From an uncultured Actinomycetes bacterium (GTDB lineage Bacteria; Actinomycetota; UBA4738; HRBIN12), in contig CAVPIB010000004.1 of NCBI GenBank assembly GCA_963704885.1, positions 352,001-416,000 of the forward strand: a stretch of 64,000 nt of DNA, read 5' to 3'. The notes beneath the pieces are model-generated. The model worked only from the letters and a program-made list of their open reading frames with translations, was not told the origin of the DNA and searched no databases. This document shows, in pieces, positions 48,096-57,828 of this stretch (the stretch's first letter is position 1; the number at the start of each line of letters is the position of its first letter). The position numbers and the translations under genes were made by a program.

Positions 48096-48142
48096 CCACA
48101 AGATGTTGTGGCGGCGCGAACCGTACCCGCACCATGTTGAGC
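48096..48142. promoter_or_regulatory. Tandem NrdR boxes upstream of nrdR
   Basis: CCACAAGATGTTGTGG (48096-48111) and a weaker CCGCACCATGTTGAGC (48127-48142), 31 bp apart. Confidence 0.7.
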
Positions 48143-48144
48143 CG

Positions 48145-48453
48145 TCAAGCGATACGCGGGATCACGATGGACTGACCCGGAACGATGTCCCCCACATCCA
48201 TCCCGTTGCGTGCCGCGATGGCGTCCACGAGCAGCGTGGGATCCCCCGATGACATCCGCTCGGCGATCGACCAAACCGTGTCGCCGGAGCGGACCACGTA
48301 CACCCGCTCGCTTCGGATGGGTACGTCTCCCTGCCCGGGCGAGGCGTGTCGGCCGATGGCCGTGGCCACAGGGGCCGCCATCAACACCCCGAGAACGACG
48401 GCCATGGCGGCCCCCAGGAGCCTCCGGCGCCGTCGAACATCTGTTCGGCTCAT
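48145..48453 (-). CDS. TM + LysM protein, ChiZ/YneA-like SOS cell-division inhibitor
   Basis: Basic N-terminus, TM segment, LysM YVVRSGDTVWSIA..IVPGQSIVIP. Divergent from lexA and followed by nrdR, as in mycobacteria. Confidence 0.85.
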   Translation of the reverse strand: MSRTDVRRRRRLLGAAMAVVLGVLMAAPVATAIGRHASPGQGDVPIRSERVYVVRSGDTVWSIAERMSSGDPTLLVDAIAARNGMDVGDIVPGQSIVIPRIA

Positions 48454-48512
48454 AGGTGTATCCTGCTCGAACAGATGTTCGGAGTCAAGAGGTAGGTCGA
48501 ACATATGTTTGC
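48433..48512. promoter_or_regulatory. Three LexA boxes in the lexA / LysM divergent region
   Basis: TCGAACATCTGTTCGG (48433-48448), TCGAACAGATGTTCGG (48467-48482), TCGAACATATGTTTGC (48497-48512). Confidence 0.9.
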
Positions 48513-48566
48513 CTGGGCCACCATGCGGTGCTAGCGTCCGGTTCATGAGGCAGGAGGGTAGCGACC

Positions 48567-49178
48567 ATGTCTGACATCACTCCCCGGCAGCAGAGGATCC
48601 TGGACGTGATCTCCAGCACCGTCCGCGAGCGCGGGTACCCGCCGACCGTTCGCGAGATCGGCGAAGCCGTCGGTCTCACGTCCTCGTCGAGCGTCCACGC
48701 GCAGCTGGGCAACCTGGAGCGGATGGGCCTGCTCACGAAGGACCCCACCAAGCCGCGGGCGATGACCCTGGCCGAGCCGAAGGTGGACGGCGTCGCGGTT
48801 CCGCTGCTCGGTCGGATCGCGGCGGGGGCTCCCGCCTTGGCGGCAGAGCACGTTGAGGACTACATCTCGGTACCTCGCAGCTTCGCTCAGGGCGACGCAC
48901 CGCACTTCGCTCTTCGCGTATCCGGCGACTCCATGATCGGGGCCGGCATCTTCGAGGGCGACCTGGTGGTCGCCCGGGCGCAAGGTTCGGCGAGCGACGG
49001 GGACGTCGTCATCGCCCTTCTTCCAGGCCCGGCGGAGGACGAAGCCACGGTCAAGCGGCTCGGTCACGACGGAACCCGGGTGATGCTGATCCCGGAGAAC
49101 CCAGCCCTAGAGCCGTTCGAGATGCGCGATGGGCGCATCCTGGGCAAGGTCGTTGCCGTGCTCCGCAAGCTCCCCTAG
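48567..49178 (+). CDS. lexA: SOS repressor LexA
   Basis: GYPPTVREIG, cleavage site GRIAAG, catalytic GDSM and ATVKR. Confidence 0.97.
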   Translation: MSDITPRQQRILDVISSTVRERGYPPTVREIGEAVGLTSSSSVHAQLGNLERMGLLTKDPTKPRAMTLAEPKVDGVAVPLLGRIAAGAPALAAEHVEDYISVPRSFAQGDAPHFALRVSGDSMIGAGIFEGDLVVARAQGSASDGDVVIALLPGPAEDEATVKRLGHDGTRVMLIPENPALEPFEMRDGRILGKVVAVLRKLP

Positions 49179-49219
49179 CCGGTAAGCTCCCGGGCGTCCT
49201 TCACCCGAGGAGCCCGACC

Positions 49220-50215
49220 ATGCCGCAGGAACCCAAGACTCAGCTCGAACGGCAGATCCGCGCGCAGCCCGACGCCCTGGCGGCGCTGATCGGCTCGGCC
49301 AAGGTTCGCGATCGGATCCGCGTGAGCGCCGAAGGCCTGCACCGAGCCCGTCGTATCTGGGTCGTCGGCACGGGGACGAGCCTTCACGCGGCGGAGCTTG
49401 GGGCGTCCATGCTCCAGCTCTCTGGGCGCCAGGCTCAGGCGGTCCCCTCGATGCAGTTCGTGGACTTCGCGCCGATCATGGGGCCGCAAGACGCCGTGAT
49501 AGTCATCACCCACACCGCGGAGACCGCCTACGCCCTCTCTACCCGAGCTCAGACCTTCGCGGCCGGCTTGAACCTGGTGATGATCACGAAGCAGGGATCC
49601 GGCTTCCCGGAGGCCATCGAGACCGTCGAGAAAGAGTCGGCCGAGACCTACACGATCAGCTACACGACGGCGCTGCTCGCGCTCGCGATGCTCGCGAAAG
49701 AGTTGGGCGCCGAAGGGCTGACCGAAGACGATCTGGACAGGGTTCCCGGAGCCGCGGCAGCGGCTATCGCCGACCCCGGCATCGAGGGGATCGTTGTTCC
49801 GGAACGCTTGTTGGTTCTCGTGGGAGCGGGGCCGGCCGCCGTCACGGCCCGCGAGGGCGCCCTCAAGCTGCGCGAGGGCGCCCGGTTCCTGGCCGAGGGC
49901 TACGATGCCGAGTACCTGCTCCACGGCTCCGCGGTTCCACTGGACGGCCGGGATCGCCTGATCGCGCTAGATCCGCCGGACCCGGCCGGGTTGGTCGAAG
50001 CGGTCGCGGTAGCTGCGGAGGCCGAGCGGCTCGGGGTTGACCGGTTGCACGAGACCGCGGATCTCCCACCCCTGCTCGCGCAGATCCCGTTGACCGTGAG
50101 GCTCCAGTTGTTGGCGCTCCGCGTCGCCGCCGAGCGCCGTCAGGATCCAGACACCGTCATCGTGGGTGCGTGGGCGGACCCGGCCACATGGGCCATCGGC
50201 GCTCCGCCCACCTGA
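49220..50215 (+). CDS. SIS-domain sugar isomerase/deaminase (GlmS C-terminal-like)
   Basis: IRAQPDAL, VGTGTSLHAA, ITHTAET, EGALKLRE, EYLLHG. Confidence 0.85.
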   Translation: MPQEPKTQLERQIRAQPDALAALIGSAKVRDRIRVSAEGLHRARRIWVVGTGTSLHAAELGASMLQLSGRQAQAVPSMQFVDFAPIMGPQDAVIVITHTAETAYALSTRAQTFAAGLNLVMITKQGSGFPEAIETVEKESAETYTISYTTALLALAMLAKELGAEGLTEDDLDRVPGAAAAAIADPGIEGIVVPERLLVLVGAGPAAVTAREGALKLREGARFLAEGYDAEYLLHGSAVPLDGRDRLIALDPPDPAGLVEAVAVAAEAERLGVDRLHETADLPPLLAQIPLTVRLQLLALRVAAERRQDPDTVIVGAWADPATWAIGAPPT

Positions 50216-50224
50216 TCGGCGTTA

Positions 50225-51541
50225 TCACGACCTGACGAACTCCCGGACCGCCGCGAACCCCTGCTCATCGACGAGCGCCCTTACGATCGTTCCCTCTCCG
50301 TCGGTCTCGGTCCCGAGCACCTCCGCTTCACGATAGAGGCGCGCGGTGACGTCTTCGCGCCCCCAAGGCACGAGCAACGTGACCTCGAGCGGCGGATGCG
50401 GGACGGCCTCCTCCACGACGACCAGCAGCTCCTCGGCTCCCTCACCCGTGAGTGCTGAGACCGCGACCGATCCCGGGAAGCGTCGGGCCAGGCGCGCTCG
50501 TTCCGAGCCTGCGACCTGGTCGATCTTGTTGAGGGCCAGCACCTGTGGGATTTCGGCCGCGCCGATCTCGTCGAGCACCCGGTGGACCGCCTCGATCTGC
50601 GAGTCGATGGCCGCGGAGGACGCGTCGGCGACGTGAAGGATGACGTCGCCCAGTGCGACCTCCTCGAGCGTCGAGCGGAACGCCTCGACCAGGTCGTGTG
50701 GCAGTTTGTTCACGAACCCGACCGTGTCGGAGAGCGTGGCGGCGCGGCCACTCGGAAGCTCCAGGCGCCGCACGGTAGGATCGAGGGTGGCGAAGAGCTG
50801 GTCCGCTACCACCACCCGAGCGCCGGTCAGGAGGTTCAGCAACGTCGACTTGCCGGCGTTCGTGTAGCCGGCGATCGCGATCTGCGGCACGTTCCTTCCA
50901 CGCCGGCGCGCGCCCTTGACGTCGCGGGTCCGGGTCATGTCCTTGATGTCGCGACGGAGCTTCGTCATCCGTCGGCGGATGTGCTGGCGGTCGACCTCCA
51001 TCTTCGTCTCACCGGGACCCCGGGTGCCGATGCCACCGCCCAGCCTCGACATAGCCTCGCCCCAGCCACGCAGTCGTGGCAGGAGGTAGTTGAGCTGGGC
51101 GAGCTCCACCTGGACCCGCCCCTCTCGCGACCGGGCGTGCAGCGCGAAGATGTCTAGGATCAAAGCGGTCCGGTCGATGACCTTCACGCCCAAGCGCTCC
51201 TCCAGCGTGCGCAGCTGCCCGGGAGAGAGCTCCTGATCCAAGATCACCGCGTCCGCCCCCGCGGAGTGGACGGTGTCGTGGAGCTCTTTCAGCTTGCCCT
51301 TCCCCACGTACGTGCTGGGATCGGGCTCCGCGCGGTTCTGAACCACACGGGCGATCGGATCCGCTCCCGCCGAATCTGCCAGGGCGGCCAGCTCGTCCAG
51401 ATCCTCCTCCGCGATCCCCTTCCCGACTCCGACAAGGACGGCCCTTTCTCGAACCGCGGGCCGCCATGTGGCAGAAAGCGGCGACTCCAGCACGCGCTTG
51501 CGAGACGTTGACGGACGCGTCGGCGAGCCCTCTGGAGCCAT
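50225..51541 (-). CDS. hflX: Ribosome-splitting GTPase HflX
   Basis: DRTALILDIFA, GIGTRGPGETKME, GYTNAGKST, LFATLDPT, DTVGF, NKID, SA. Start at ATG 51541. Confidence 0.96.
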   Translation of the reverse strand: MAPEGSPTRPSTSRKRVLESPLSATWRPAVRERAVLVGVGKGIAEEDLDELAALADSAGADPIARVVQNRAEPDPSTYVGKGKLKELHDTVHSAGADAVILDQELSPGQLRTLEERLGVKVIDRTALILDIFALHARSREGRVQVELAQLNYLLPRLRGWGEAMSRLGGGIGTRGPGETKMEVDRQHIRRRMTKLRRDIKDMTRTRDVKGARRRGRNVPQIAIAGYTNAGKSTLLNLLTGARVVVADQLFATLDPTVRRLELPSGRAATLSDTVGFVNKLPHDLVEAFRSTLEEVALGDVILHVADASSAAIDSQIEAVHRVLDEIGAAEIPQVLALNKIDQVAGSERARLARRFPGSVAVSALTGEGAEELLVVVEEAVPHPPLEVTLLVPWGREDVTARLYREAEVLGTETDGEGTIVRALVDEQGFAAVREFVRS

Positions 51542-52374
51542 CACGACGCCCCGTCGGTGGGCAAGCCGAACTCCCTGAGCATGGCGTTCAACTGCACCTT
51601 GGCCTCGGTGCGGTCGTCTCGGTACCCGATGATCAGCCCGCACGGTAACCCGTAAGGCCCGGCGGGGAACTCGCGGGTGCGAGACCCCGGGACCACTACT
51701 GCTCGCGCCGGCACGCTCCCCCGCATCTCCACGGGTTCGGCTCCTGTCACATCGATGACCGGAACGCTCCCCGTGAGCACGACCCCCGGAGCGATCACGG
51801 CCTCGCGGCCGATCCGCACCCCTTCCACCAGCACGACCCGAGACCCGATGAAAGCGCCGTCCTCCACGATGACGGGCGCCGCCTGCAGCGGCTCCAGGAC
51901 GCCGCCGATGCCGACGCCTCCCGAGAGATGGACGTTCGCGCCTATCTGTGCGCACGACCCCACGGTGGCCCACGTATCGACCATGGTCCCGGGTCCCACC
52001 CAGGCTCCGATGTTCACGTAACTGGGCATCAGGATCACGCCCGGGGAAAGGAACGCCCCGCGGCGGGCCACAGCGGGCGGGACCACGCGGACGCCCGCCT
52101 CCTCGTAACCCGTCTTCAACGGCAGGCGGTCGTGATACTCGAACGGACCACACTCGAGCGTCTCGAGTCCGCGGACGCGGAAGTAGAGGAGCACGGCCTT
52201 CTTCACCCAGCCGTTGACCACCCACCCGGTGTCGGTCGGGTCCGCCACGCGGATGTGGCCTCGGTCGAGGAGGCCGATCGCCTCCTCGACGGCCCCGCCA
52301 TCCAACGCAGCGTCCGGGGCATCGAAGCTCGCCTCGATCCTGGCGGCAAGATCCGGGTATCGCTCGTCGCTCAC
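51541..52374 (-). CDS. dapD: Tetrahydrodipicolinate N-succinyltransferase
   Basis: WVVNGWVKKAVLLYF, RVVPPA, MPSYVNIGA, MVDTWATVGSCAQIG, GGVLEPLQA. Confidence 0.95.
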   Translation of the reverse strand: MSDERYPDLAARIEASFDAPDAALDGGAVEEAIGLLDRGHIRVADPTDTGWVVNGWVKKAVLLYFRVRGLETLECGPFEYHDRLPLKTGYEEAGVRVVPPAVARRGAFLSPGVILMPSYVNIGAWVGPGTMVDTWATVGSCAQIGANVHLSGGVGIGGVLEPLQAAPVIVEDGAFIGSRVVLVEGVRIGREAVIAPGVVLTGSVPVIDVTGAEPVEMRGSVPARAVVVPGSRTREFPAGPYGLPCGLIIGYRDDRTEAKVQLNAMLREFGLPTDGAS

Positions 52375-53543
52375 GAGGTCACCGCCGGATCGGGAAGGAG
52401 GTCGAGGAGGATATCGGCGGCACGCCGGCATTCGTCAATCGTGGGCACCATGGCCATGCGAACGTAGCCCTCGCCCTCTGATCCGAAGTACGACCCAGGC
52501 GCGACCACGATCCCGTTCTCGAGCAGCTCTGAGCCCCAATCGGCGGATGGCCGCCCCGCGGGGACCTTCACCCAGAGGTAGAACGTCGCGACCGTCCCAG
52601 CCACCTGGATACCCTTCGTCCTGAACAGCTCCAGGAACAGGGCTCTCCTCTCCGCGTATCGGCCGCGCTGTTCCTCGACGTGGCGCTCGTCACTCCAGGC
52701 GGCCACCGAGGCGAGCTGGATGAACTCCTGGGGCGTCACGCCGACGGATGGGCGCTGCGCCTTCATGGCGGCGATCAGCTGGCGGTCCCCCGCCACGAAG
52801 CCCGAACGGTAGCCAGTCATCGACGACCGCTTGCTCAAGGTATTGATCGCGACCACGTTGGCGAGATCCCCGACCTGCAGGACTGATGGCGGCGGCCCCG
52901 ACTCGAACCACAGCTCGCTGTAGGCCTCGTCCGAAACCAGCAGGAACCCGTGCCGGCGGGCGAGCTCCGCGGCTCGCTCCAGGAACGGGAGCGTCGCGAC
53001 CGCACCCGTCGGATTGTTCGGGTAGTTGAGCCAAAGGATCGCGGTTCGATCCCACGTGGAATCGTCGACCCCTTCCAGGTCCGGCAGGAAGTCGTTCGCC
53101 TCCTCGAGCGGCAGGCGCATCACGTCGGCGCCCGTGGCTCTTGCTCCGCGCTCCGGGATGGCGTAGCCGGGCGCGGTTACGACCACGAGGTCGCGGCCGG
53201 CGGCGGGATCGACCACGGCCTGCGCCAGCGAGTAGATCGGCTCCTTGCTCCCCATGGTCGGGAGCAGCTCCGTCGCGGGATCCATGTTCACCCCGAACCG
53301 ACCTCGAACCCACCCGGTTATCGCCTCACGTAGCTCGGGGAGTCCCGCCGCCCGCGGGTAGGACGACACGGGTGTGATCGCATCCTTCAGCGCGTCGCGG
53401 ATGAACCCAGGCGTCTCGTCGCGAGGATCGCCCACACCGAAGTCGATCAGTTCGCGCCCGGCGTCGAGCGCCGCCCGCTTCCGTCGATCGAGCTCTTCGA
53501 ACGGGTACGGCTCAACGTCGCGGATCGACGGTGCCAGATGCAT
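52371..53543 (-). CDS. dapC: Succinyldiaminopimelate aminotransferase (class I/II PLP)
   Basis: YPF, DFGVGDP, GSKE, WLNYPNNPTG, SDEAYSE, LSKRSSMTGYRSGF. Located between dapE and dapD. Confidence 0.88.
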   Translation of the reverse strand: MHLAPSIRDVEPYPFEELDRRKRAALDAGRELIDFGVGDPRDETPGFIRDALKDAITPVSSYPRAAGLPELREAITGWVRGRFGVNMDPATELLPTMGSKEPIYSLAQAVVDPAAGRDLVVVTAPGYAIPERGARATGADVMRLPLEEANDFLPDLEGVDDSTWDRTAILWLNYPNNPTGAVATLPFLERAAELARRHGFLLVSDEAYSELWFESGPPPSVLQVGDLANVVAINTLSKRSSMTGYRSGFVAGDRQLIAAMKAQRPSVGVTPQEFIQLASVAAWSDERHVEEQRGRYAERRALFLELFRTKGIQVAGTVATFYLWVKVPAGRPSADWGSELLENGIVVAPGSYFGSEGEGYVRMAMVPTIDECRRAADILLDLLPDPAVTS

Positions 53544-54652
53544 CAACCGACCTCCTGTGCCGCGAGGAAAGCCCGCAGCACCTCGTAGGAACGGACCAGC
53601 GCCTGCGCTTCCACACGCTCGTCGTCCCGATGAGCGTACTGCGGGTCGCCAGGTCCGAAGTTGATCGCGTCCACACCGACCGTGGCAAACTCCGCGACCG
53701 GGGTCCACGCCTGCTTCGGTCCGATCGACAGCTCCCCGGCCAAGCGGAGTCTCGATACGAGCGGGTTGCGGAGGGCGACAGGCCCCGGCGGCGCGTTCCC
53801 GACAACTTCGAGCTCCGCGGTAGGGTGGGAGATGAGCTCGCGCAGGCGGGCCTCAGCCTCGACGGGCGAGCGGGTGGGGGCGTACCGGAAGTTGATGCGC
53901 GCCTCGACCCGGTCCGGAACGACGTTGCCGGCGATCCCGCCCTCGATGGAGGTGACGCTTATGACTTCGCGGTACGTCAGACCGTCTATCTCGACGTCTC
54001 GGGGCGGAAGGTCCGAGAGCGGGCCGAGAGCTTCGATCGCCGAATGGATGGCGTTGCGGCCGAGCCACGGCCTTGCCGTGTGGGCGGCCTCCCCTCGGAT
54101 CGAGAGCCGCGCGTTCAGGTTGCCCAGGCATCCCACCTCGATCGCGTTCGCCGTGGGCTCCATCACGATCGCAAGATCCACGGACCGGGCGCTCTCACAC
54201 CGATCCAGCAGGGGCAGCAAGGCGCTCTCCGAGATGGGAAGCTCCTCGCGGCCGAAGAAGAGGAACCCCACGTCGAGTTCCCCTGCGCGCGGCGCCTGAG
54301 CGATCGAGAGGGCTACCTCCACCATCACCGCCAACCCTCCCTTCATGTCGGCCGCCCCCCGCCCGAAGATCGTGGCGCCCTCGAGGCGGGGAGGAGGGGT
54401 CGCATTGGGTGGGACCGTGTCTACGTGGCCAGCCAGGACCACCAGGGGAACACCGGCGCGTCGGCGCTCAGGGACGAAGAATGCGACGCCGTTACCTCCG
54501 TCCATGAGGACGAACCGTTCGACCGGCATGAGGTCGGCCACCACGCGGAGGAGGGCGTCCTCATCACCGCTCACCGAAGGGATGTCCACGAACGCCAGGG
54601 TCCGTGCGGCCAGTCGCTCCTTCAGCTCGCGATCGGCTTGGGCTCCGATCAC
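53543..54652 (-). CDS. dapE: Succinyl-diaminopimelate desuccinylase (M20)
   Basis: SVSGDE, AGHVDTVP, GRGAADMKGG, REE, EPT, AHTARPWLGRNAI, AWT, NFGPGDP..AH. Confidence 0.92.
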   Translation of the reverse strand: MIGAQADRELKERLAARTLAFVDIPSVSGDEDALLRVVADLMPVERFVLMDGGNGVAFFVPERRRAGVPLVVLAGHVDTVPPNATPPPRLEGATIFGRGAADMKGGLAVMVEVALSIAQAPRAGELDVGFLFFGREELPISESALLPLLDRCESARSVDLAIVMEPTANAIEVGCLGNLNARLSIRGEAAHTARPWLGRNAIHSAIEALGPLSDLPPRDVEIDGLTYREVISVTSIEGGIAGNVVPDRVEARINFRYAPTRSPVEAEARLRELISHPTAELEVVGNAPPGPVALRNPLVSRLRLAGELSIGPKQAWTPVAEFATVGVDAINFGPGDPQYAHRDDERVEAQALVRSYEVLRAFLAAQEVG

Positions 54653-55530
54653 GCCGGGCCGGAGCTCCGCAAGGCGTCCAGATCGACCACGCCCTCGAAG
54701 ACGCGCTCCACCGCACCCGTAAGCAAGACGTTGCCGTCGTCCATCCGCTCAACCTCGAGCCGTCCCCCTGGGAAACGGACCGTGGTTCGCCGTGGCACCA
54801 GCCCGGCCTCGTTCGCCGCGACGGCGACGGCGCACGCGCCGCTGCCGCAGGCCATGGTCTCTCCTGATCCGCGTTCCCAGACGCGGGCTCGGATCTCTGT
54901 GTCTAGGACCTGCGCGAACTCCACGTTCGTGTGCTCGGGGAACAGCTCGTGTCGCTCCAGGACGGGGCCGACGTGGGACACGTGGAACCGGTCGGGATCG
55001 TCCTCGACGAATAGCACCAGGTGAGGATTCCCCATGGATAGCGCGCTCGCCTTCAAGGTCATGCCACCGCCGATATCGAACGGCTCGCCCAGGAACGTCT
55101 CCCAAGCCGGCCCTCGCATCGGGATGGCCGCCTTCGCGAACGCGGGCGCGCCCATCTCCACCGTCACTCGCCGCACCTCACCCTCGTCGGGGTGCAGGCG
55201 CAACCCCCGGACCTGTTCCCCAACCACGATCACGAGAGAGCGCCCGTCCCACAGACCCAGGTCGCCGACCAACTTGCCCACGCATCGCGCCCCGTTGCCG
55301 CACATCTCGGCGGTGCTGCCGTCTGCGTTGCGATAGTCCATCTCGAACGCCGCGTCCTCGCGGCCGCTCCGCACGACGCGGATCAGGCCGTCGGCCCCGA
55401 TCCCCGTTCGTCGGTCGCAGAGCCTCTTGACGATATCCGCGTCGAGGCGTCTCTCATCGTCGAGGTCGACGACCATAACGAAGTCGTTCCCCGTGCCCTG
55501 GTACTTGGCGAAGCGGAGCTCGTCGGTCAC
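54649..55530 (-). CDS. dapF: Diaminopimelate epimerase
   Basis: KYQGTGNDF, NADGS.AEMCGNGARC, MGNPH, NVEF, RVWERGSGETMACGSGAC. Confidence 0.96.
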   Translation of the reverse strand: MTDELRFAKYQGTGNDFVMVVDLDDERRLDADIVKRLCDRRTGIGADGLIRVVRSGREDAAFEMDYRNADGSTAEMCGNGARCVGKLVGDLGLWDGRSLVIVVGEQVRGLRLHPDEGEVRRVTVEMGAPAFAKAAIPMRGPAWETFLGEPFDIGGGMTLKASALSMGNPHLVLFVEDDPDRFHVSHVGPVLERHELFPEHTNVEFAQVLDTEIRARVWERGSGETMACGSGACAVAVAANEAGLVPRRTTVRFPGGRLEVERMDDGNVLLTGAVERVFEGVVDLDALRSSGPA

Positions 55531-56450
55531 GCGTCCTCCAGGTACGCCCGCATGGGTTCAACGGCTTCGGCGGCGCCTTGCTCCCCTACGTCGAACCAAC
55601 GGATCCGTGGATCGCGGCGGAACCACGCCATCTGACGTCGGGCGAGGTTGCCGGTGCGCTTCACGATCACCTCGACCGCTTCTGCGAGCGTCATGTCTCC
55701 CCGTAGATGTCGGGCCAACTCAGCGTAGCCGATGGCCTGGCTAGAGGTGAGCCATCCGCCGAAACCTCGCTCCACGAGGGTTCGCACCTCGTCGAGCCAG
55801 CCGCGTTCGAACATGGCGTCCACGCGCCGCCCGATCCGCCCGGTCAGCACGTCACGGTTCATCCGGACGCCGGCAACCCTGACCGCCTCCGACGGATACC
55901 GCTCCCACGCTTGTCCGAACGTGGAGAACGGTCGACCCGTCAAAGCCGCGACCTCGAGCGCACGCACGATCCGTCGCACGTTCCCGGGTTCGATCCTTCC
56001 TGCCGCCACCGGATCCAGGGCCGCGAGTCGCTCGTACAAGCGGGCGGCCCCCAAGGCCGAAGCCTGGAGTTCGAGGTCCGCCCTGGTCGAGGCGTCGGTG
56101 CCGGGGAACTCCAGATCATCCACCACGGCGCGCAGGTACAGCCCCGACCCTCCGACCAGGATCGCCCGGGCGCCTCGACCCTCGATCCCGCCGACGGCCG
56201 CCCTCGCCTCGCGCTGGAAGGCGGCCACCGAGAACGGTTCGGAGGGTTCCACCAGATCGATCAGGTGATGGCGAACGCGAGCGCGATCGTCTGAGGTCGG
56301 CTTGGCGGTCCCGACGTCCATGCCCCGATACACGAGCATGGAATCCACCGAGACGATCTCGGCTCCGAGTGCCTCGGCGATGGCCAGCCCCGCCTCGGTC
56401 TTCCCGGATGCCGTCGGTCCCACGAGGGCGAGGAGAGGCGCGCCGGGCAC
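55527..56450 (-). CDS. miaA: tRNA dimethylallyltransferase
   Basis: GPTASGKT, DSMLVYRGMDVGTAKP, VGGSGLY, RALEV, AIGY, ARRQMAWFR. Confidence 0.96.
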   Translation of the reverse strand: MPGAPLLALVGPTASGKTEAGLAIAEALGAEIVSVDSMLVYRGMDVGTAKPTSDDRARVRHHLIDLVEPSEPFSVAAFQREARAAVGGIEGRGARAILVGGSGLYLRAVVDDLEFPGTDASTRADLELQASALGAARLYERLAALDPVAAGRIEPGNVRRIVRALEVAALTGRPFSTFGQAWERYPSEAVRVAGVRMNRDVLTGRIGRRVDAMFERGWLDEVRTLVERGFGGWLTSSQAIGYAELARHLRGDMTLAEAVEVIVKRTGNLARRQMAWFRRDPRIRWFDVGEQGAAEAVEPMRAYLEDA

Positions 56451-56459
56451 GGCAGGACC

Positions 56460-57803
56460 TCACACCGCGATCGGTTCGGGCGCGGCAACCAGCTCCCCCG
56501 TCAAGCGGTGTGCGGCTGCCTCCGTTATCCGAGCCCAAACGAACGTACCCGGCTCGAGCTGATCGGGCAGGTGCACGATCCGATTCGTCCGCGTCCTCGC
56601 CTGGATGGAAGGACCGCGTTTACCGGCGCCCTCCACCAAGACCTCGAACCTGCGCCCCACCTGCTCACGGGCGCGCTCCAAAGAGATGCGCTCCTGGATC
56701 GCAGCCAGCCGATCGAACCGCTCCTGAACGACATCCTTCGGGACCTGCTCCGCGAAACCCGCTGCCCGGGTGCCCGGTCGCGGCGAGTACTGGAACATGT
56801 AGGCGCTATCGAACCGGGCACGTTCGACGACGTCGAGGGTGCAGAGGAAGTCGTCCTCGGTCTCACCGGGGAACCCCACTATGACGTCGGTGGAAACGGC
56901 GATATCGGGGATGGCAGAGCGGATCCGTTCCAACCACCCCAAGTACCTGTCGCGCCGGTACGACCGCTTCATCGCCTCGAGCACCCGATCCGATCCCGAC
57001 TGCAGCGGGAAGTGGATGTGCTCGCAGACCGACGGTGTCGCCACCATGGCGTCGATCACGTCCGGGGTGAAATCGTGTGGATGAGGTGAGGTGAACCGCA
57101 CACGCCGGATCCCATCGATCGCGCCGACCTCGCGGAGGAGGTCCGCGAACAGAGGCCTGCGCGAGGATCCCGGCACGGTGAGGTCGCGGCCGAACGTGTT
57201 CACGTTCTGTCCGAGCAGGGTGATCTCGACGACGCCGCGGCGGGCCAGCCCTTGGACCTCGGCCAGGATGTCTCCGATCGTCCGCGATCGCTGTGGCCCC
57301 CGGACCAGCGGGACGATGCAGAACGTGCATGCGTTGTCGCATCCCGGTGCGATGGAGACCCACGCGCGGAAGTTGTCGTGACGCGCCGCAGGAAGGGCAC
57401 CGGGGAAGACCTCGGTAGCCTCCCTGACGTCCATCTGCGGACCGTCGTGCTCCGCGGCGGCCAGCAGTTCGAGCAGCTGCGGCAGCGCGTGTGTGCCCAC
57501 GACCACGTCGACCCACGGTGCTCGAGCCTGGATCGCCCCCTGATCCTTCTGCGCCAAGCAGCCGGCCACGACGATCCGCAGACCCGGGTGCCGTTCCTTC
57601 AGCGGTTTCAGATGCCCTAGGTTGCCGTAGAGACGGTTGTCGGCGTTCTCGCGGATCGCGCACGTATTGAATACGACCACACCTGCCTGATCGAGGTCTT
57701 CGGTGGGCGTCATGCCGTCGCCCATCAACAACCCCGCGATCTTCTCCGAGTCATGCTCGTTCATCTGACACCCGAAGGTGCGGATCAGATAGGTCCGTTC
57801 CAT
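56460..57803 (-). CDS. miaB: tRNA-2-methylthio-N6-dimethylallyladenosine synthase
   Basis: TFGCQMNEHDSE, NTCAIRE, radical-SAM motif CDNACTFC, GQNVN, SPHP, IVGFPGET, TRAM domain. Confidence 0.96.
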   Translation of the reverse strand: MERTYLIRTFGCQMNEHDSEKIAGLLMGDGMTPTEDLDQAGVVVFNTCAIRENADNRLYGNLGHLKPLKERHPGLRIVVAGCLAQKDQGAIQARAPWVDVVVGTHALPQLLELLAAAEHDGPQMDVREATEVFPGALPAARHDNFRAWVSIAPGCDNACTFCIVPLVRGPQRSRTIGDILAEVQGLARRGVVEITLLGQNVNTFGRDLTVPGSSRRPLFADLLREVGAIDGIRRVRFTSPHPHDFTPDVIDAMVATPSVCEHIHFPLQSGSDRVLEAMKRSYRRDRYLGWLERIRSAIPDIAVSTDVIVGFPGETEDDFLCTLDVVERARFDSAYMFQYSPRPGTRAAGFAEQVPKDVVQERFDRLAAIQERISLERAREQVGRRFEVLVEGAGKRGPSIQARTRTNRIVHLPDQLEPGTFVWARITEAAAHRLTGELVAAPEPIAV

Positions 57804-57828
57804 GTGGATCGAGGCTACCGGACGGACG

